NCBI GenBank assembly: GCA_963713075.1
Contig: CAVQKO010000014.1
Coordinates: 566,924 to 630,923 of the forward strand
Reading direction: 5' to 3'
DNA from: an uncultured Chloroflexia bacterium
GTDB lineage: Bacteria; Chloroflexota; Limnocylindria; Limnocylindrales; CSP1-4
Length of the DNA stretch: 64,000 bases
Part shown: in pieces, positions 60,698-64,000 of the stretch
How positions within the stretch are numbered: the stretch's first letter is position 1
How the letters are laid out: the number at the start of each line of letters is the position of its first letter
Translations under genes and position numbers: made by a program
The notes under the pieces: generated by a model
The model's input: the letters and a program-made list of their open reading frames with translations, nothing else
Told to the model about the DNA's origin: nothing
Database searches by the model: none

Positions 60698-60746
60698 TGG
60701 CGTCAGGCCCGCTCGCGCTGACGCGGACCTCGGCGGAGCCCGGCCG

Positions 60747-61445
60747 CTAGACCGACCGCCTCCGCTCGGCGCTGCTGAGCGCCTCGGCCAGGGAGGCCAC
60801 CAGCTCGTCGGCATCGACCGCCTCGCGGATGCCCGCCACTTCCGCGATGCTCCCGCCCAGCAGCACCGGGACCTGCCGCTCGCCGGCCGCGGCGCGCACG
60901 GCGCGGATGGCGTCTGCCGCGGCCGGCTGGCGCCGGGCGGCGTTGGCGGTGAGGGCGACGAGCGCGACGTCGTTGTGCTCCACGAAGTGGCCGAGGTCCG
61001 ACGAGGGCAGGTCGGCACCCAGGTTCGCGACCGACCAGCCGGCCTCCGCGAGCAGCTGCTCGAGGCACACGAGGCCGATCATGTGCTGCTCGCCGGCGAC
61101 GCCCGCCAGGACGGCGAGGGGCCCGACCCGGAGCTCGGGGCGCATCGGCGGGCGGACCTGCTCGAGCGCGCGCAGCAGCGTCCGCGAGGCGAGGTGCTCC
61201 TCGGCCACCGTCCAGCGGCCGCTCTGCCAGCGCTCACCGACGAGCTCCATGGCGCGGCGGAGCAGTCCGTCGTACACAGCAACGCGAGGCTGCCCCTCGA
61301 GCGCGTGGCGCAGTGCCCAGGCGGCCAGCTCGTCATCGCCGTCGGCCAGCAGGCCGGCCAGGAGCTCGGGCGTCAGGGCGTCGGCGGGCACGTCGGCGCG
61401 CGAGGGGTCGACGGGCGGGAGTGTCGGCGGCAGGTCATCGCTCAC
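60747..61445 (-). CDS. Stand-alone cobalamin-binding protein (B12-binding_2 helical bundle plus Rossmann B12-binding domain; CarH/AerR-like, no HTH)
   Basis: 232-aa ORF. VGERWQSGRWTVAEEHLASRTLL matches the W-x9-EH signature of CarH-type photoreceptor modules. GEQHMIGL matches the (D/E)xHxxG lower-ligand motif. Then LVALTANA...VLLGG. Confidence 0.8.
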   Translation of the reverse strand: MSDDLPPTLPPVDPSRADVPADALTPELLAGLLADGDDELAAWALRHALEGQPRVAVYDGLLRRAMELVGERWQSGRWTVAEEHLASRTLLRALEQVRPPMRPELRVGPLAVLAGVAGEQHMIGLVCLEQLLAEAGWSVANLGADLPSSDLGHFVEHNDVALVALTANAARRQPAAADAIRAVRAAAGERQVPVLLGGSIAEVAGIREAVDADELVASLAEALSSAERRRSV

Positions 61446-61598
61446 GGCGCGGACTCTAGCAAAGGCGGCGGGCGGCGGGTCAGGCGCTGGCCTCGGCGCT
61501 CGGGCCGGAAGCCCCGACCGCCCTGCATTCGCGCGGCAGCGCCCGCCGGATGGGCCGGGGACGCGAGACGTGGCGGGGCGCGGTCGGCGCTCGGGCCC

Positions 61599-62447
61599 TC
61601 AGGTCCGGGCAACCGCCAGCGAGGGGCGCCGCGGCGCCGGGAGGTCGGCCCGGCCCGAGAAGTACCGGTCGCGGAGCTCCTCGACCGGCACGATCCGCCA
61701 AGTCGCGAAGCCGGCCGCCTCGAGACGCCGCTCCATCCCGAGCGGCCCCGGCCGGTCCAGCCACGGCTCACCGGCGGCGCCCACCGCGTCCGCGAGCCGG
61801 TCGTGCCCGGGGATCGGCGGGTGCGCGAAGGTCAGCACGAGCTCCGACCCCGCCGCCAGCCGCGCGACGGCCGCGAGCACCCGGTCGGACGCGTCGGGCG
61901 GGAGGTACATCATCACGCCGAGCCAGGCCACGAGCATCGGCTGCGCGGGGTCCAGGCCGGCTGCGGCGGCGGCCGAGGCGAAGTCGCCGGTGGTGAGGTC
62001 GACGGGTGCGTGGCGGACGTTGCCCGGCACCGCGATGCCCGCCGCCCGCAGCCGCTCGAGCTTGGCCGCCTGGGTGGCCGGGTGGTCGAGCTCCGCGACC
62101 CGGAGGCCGTGGGCCCAGGCCGGCTGGCGGTAGGCGAACGTGTCGAGGCCCGCTCCCAGGATGACGGCCTGCCGAACGCCCCGGCCGGCCGCCGCCGCCA
62201 GCTCGTCCTCGGCGAACCGGCTCCGGACGACGACGCCGGAGCGCAGGGCCATGCTGGCCGGGCGGCGGAAGCGCTCTGGCTGGCCCCGGATCCAGGCCTC
62301 GGCGCCCGGTCCGATCAGGCGCGCCGAGACCGGGTCGTCGAGGATGGCCGGCGGGTCGTCGAGCCAGAGGTGCGCGGCGCGCTGGCCCGCCACGCCGAGC
62401 GCGGTCCGGCTCTCGTCGGGCGGGGGCGGGACGTCGGCTCCGGTCAC
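61599..62447 (-). CDS. Class I SAM-dependent methyltransferase (leucine carboxyl methyltransferase/TIGR00027-like)
   Basis: 282-aa ORF. VRQAVILGAGLDTFAYR...ELDHPATQAAK...PMLVAWLGVMMYLP. Confidence 0.85.
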   Translation of the reverse strand: MTGADVPPPPDESRTALGVAGQRAAHLWLDDPPAILDDPVSARLIGPGAEAWIRGQPERFRRPASMALRSGVVVRSRFAEDELAAAAGRGVRQAVILGAGLDTFAYRQPAWAHGLRVAELDHPATQAAKLERLRAAGIAVPGNVRHAPVDLTTGDFASAAAAAGLDPAQPMLVAWLGVMMYLPPDASDRVLAAVARLAAGSELVLTFAHPPIPGHDRLADAVGAAGEPWLDRPGPLGMERRLEAAGFATWRIVPVEELRDRYFSGRADLPAPRRPSLAVART

Positions 62448-62593
62448 CTCCTGATGCTAGCGCGGGCACGCTGGCGAGCGGCCGTGAACGCCGTGGCGCG
62501 GAGGCACTACGATCGCGCCGCCACGCCATCGGCCCCGTGGCCCGCCGGCGCCGGTCACCGGACGACGCCACGGAGCGTCCTCGCGAGGAGACG

Positions 62594-63373
62594 ATGCAAG
62601 ACCCCGCCGTGCCGTCCTCAGGCCCGCACCCCGCCGCCGACGCCGTCGCGCGGGGAGTCGACCGCCAGGTCAGGATCCTGGTGGTCGATGACGAGCCGCC
62701 GATCGTCGAGCTCGTCACCGGGTATCTGGCCAGGGAGGGCTGGGCCGTGACGACCGCGGCTGACGGGCCGGCGGCGCTGGCGCTCGCGCGGCGGCTCGCT
62801 CCCGACGTGGTGGTCCTCGACCTGATGCTGCCCGGGCTCGACGGCCTCGAGGTCTGCCGTGAGCTGCGCGCCTTCTCGGACGCGTACGTGCTGATGGTCA
62901 CGGCCCGCAGCGAGGAGATCGACCGGATCGTGGGGCTCGCGGTGGGGGCCGACGACTACCTCACCAAGCCGTTCTCGCCGCGCGAGCTCGTCGCCCGGAT
63001 CAAGGCGCTCCTCCGGCGACCGCGGCTGGCGGGCAGCGGGACGGCCATGCCAGCAGCGTCTGCCGGACCCGGAGCCCCAGCCCCGGGCCTCAGAGTCGAC
63101 GAGGGACGCCGGTCGGTCAGCGTGGACGGGCGCGAGATCGAGCTCACGGTCATCGAGTTCGACATCCTGGCCGCCCTCGCACGCGAGCCCGGCATCGTCA
63201 TGGCCCGGCCGCGGATCTTCGCCACGGTCTGGGGCGATGACGACTTCGCCGACGACCACCTCGTCGACGTCCACGTCGCCAATCTCCGCCGCAAGCTGGG
63301 CGACGATGCGGCCAGCCCCCGGTTCGTCGAGACGGTCCGCGGCGTCGGCTATCGCCTCCGTGAGGCCCGCTGA
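62594..63373 (+). CDS. OmpR/PhoB-family response regulator
   Basis: GAGGAG RBS. ILVVDDEPPIVELV...VVLDLMLPGLDG...DDYLTKPFSPRELVARIKALLRR plus the winged helix LTVIEFDILAALA...VETVRGVGYRL. Confidence 0.92.
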   Translation: MQDPAVPSSGPHPAADAVARGVDRQVRILVVDDEPPIVELVTGYLAREGWAVTTAADGPAALALARRLAPDVVVLDLMLPGLDGLEVCRELRAFSDAYVLMVTARSEEIDRIVGLAVGADDYLTKPFSPRELVARIKALLRRPRLAGSGTAMPAASAGPGAPAPGLRVDEGRRSVSVDGREIELTVIEFDILAALAREPGIVMARPRIFATVWGDDDFADDHLVDVHVANLRRKLGDDAASPRFVETVRGVGYRLREAR

Positions 63374-64000
63374 TGCTGCCCCGTTCGCTGCGGGCGCGCC
63401 TGCTCGTCGCCTTCATCGTGGTGGCGGCCTCGGCGCTCGGCACGGTCGGCGTCGCCGTCCTCCTGGTCGGCCCCGGTTACTTCGCCGACGCGATGGGCCA
63501 CCTGCCGGGCGACCCGATGGGCGAGGCGATGGCGGCCTCGACCCAGACGGCGTTCGTCGACGCCATGCGCCAGGCGCTCCTCGCCGCCACGGTGATCGCC
63601 GTGATCACCGCCGCGGTCGTGAGCCTCGTGGTCGCCGCGCGCATCGCCCGGCCCGTGGCCCGCCTGGCGCAGGCATCGCGCCGGATCGCCGCCGGCCACT
63701 ACGGCGAGCGTGTGGACGCCGACGAGCCGGGTGAGCTCGCCGACCTGGCGGCGTCGTTCAACGACATGGCGGGCTCGCTCGAGGCCACTGAGCGCCGGCG
63801 ACTGCAATTGGTGGGCGACGTCGCGCACGAGCTGCGGACGCCGCTGGCCACCCTCGACGGCTACCTCGAGGGGCTCGAGGACGGCGTTGTCCGACCCGAC
63901 GCGCAGACGTGGCACCTGCTCCGGGCCGAGACGGCGCGGCTCACGCGGATGGTCAACGAGCTCGCCGAGCTGTGGCGGGCCGAGGCGCACCAGCTTCCGC
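63373..64000 (+). CDS. Sensor histidine kinase (partial; 3' end outside the window)
   Basis: ATG shares one base with the regulator stop (TGATG). MLPRSLRARLLVAFIVVAASALG (TM1), a second TM, HAMP (ARPVARLAQASRRIAAGHYGERV...ELADLAASFNDMAGSL), and H-box GDVAHELRTPLATL. Not in the ORF track because no stop lies in the window. Confidence 0.85.
   Translation, partial: MLPRSLRARLLVAFIVVAASALGTVGVAVLLVGPGYFADAMGHLPGDPMGEAMAASTQTAFVDAMRQALLAATVIAVITAAVVSLVVAARIARPVARLAQASRRIAAGHYGERVDADEPGELADLAASFNDMAGSLEATERRRLQLVGDVAHELRTPLATLDGYLEGLEDGVVRPDAQTWHLLRAETARLTRMVNELAELWRAEAHQLP

Overview
This is a very GC-rich window (roughly 70% by eye) that reads as dense chromosomal core sequence from a high-GC bacterium (Actinomycetota- or Chloroflexota-like; I cannot place it more precisely without a search). 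I support about 55 protein-coding genes, 2 tRNAs (Glu-CUC, Arg-UCU), several GC-rich intrinsic terminator hairpins and a few candidate promoters. Many genes are translationally coupled through ATGA, GTGA, TTGA or TGATG overlaps. I see no rRNA, CRISPR array, transposase or integrase. Most of the very long Arg/Pro/Gly-rich ORFs in the six-frame track are out-of-frame or antisense shadows of the real genes, which is typical at this GC content.

Main blocks:
- 1-14005 (-): an eight-gene coupled cluster that joins a large GldG-like membrane protein, an ABC-2 exporter, a coiled-coil/low-complexity membrane protein and a MoxR-DUF58-VWA-VWA module.
- 16.7-19 kb: a DUF1611 plus enolase-superfamily epimerase pair.
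- 19.9-22.9 kb: a PAS hybrid histidine kinase.
- 23.2-24.6 kb: an orphan SPPY DNA methyltransferase.
- 24.8-32.3 kb: a complete lysine-acetylation and acetate module (Pat-like GNAT/ACS-like acetyltransferase, AcuC-type deacetylase, SatP, Acs).
- 34.4-40.2 kb: a group-3d-type bidirectional NiFe hydrogenase cluster, hoxEFUYH-hoxW-hypA. As given, hoxY carries a 1-nt frameshift.
- 41.6-45.6 kb: a MocR/GabR-like regulator divergent from an operon encoding a lipoprotein and a class-III aminotransferase.
- 45.6-46.3 kb: a 650-bp repeat-rich intergenic region upstream of an acyl-CoA dehydrogenase gene.
- 49.9-51.2 kb: an ECF sigma factor translationally coupled to an Ogt/Ada-zinc-domain fusion where an anti-sigma factor would normally sit.
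- 58.45-58.92 kb: an unassigned structured non-coding locus of about 340 nt that ends in a strong minus-strand terminator.
- 58.9-61.4 kb: a B12-mutase catalytic subunit convergent with a stand-alone CarH-type cobalamin-binding protein.

No single obvious novel system such as a defence island is present. The items I rate most worth follow-up are the unassigned RNA locus, the ECF-Ogt/Ada pairing, the repeat-rich intergenic region, the hoxY frameshift and the MoxR/VWA-ABC supercluster.
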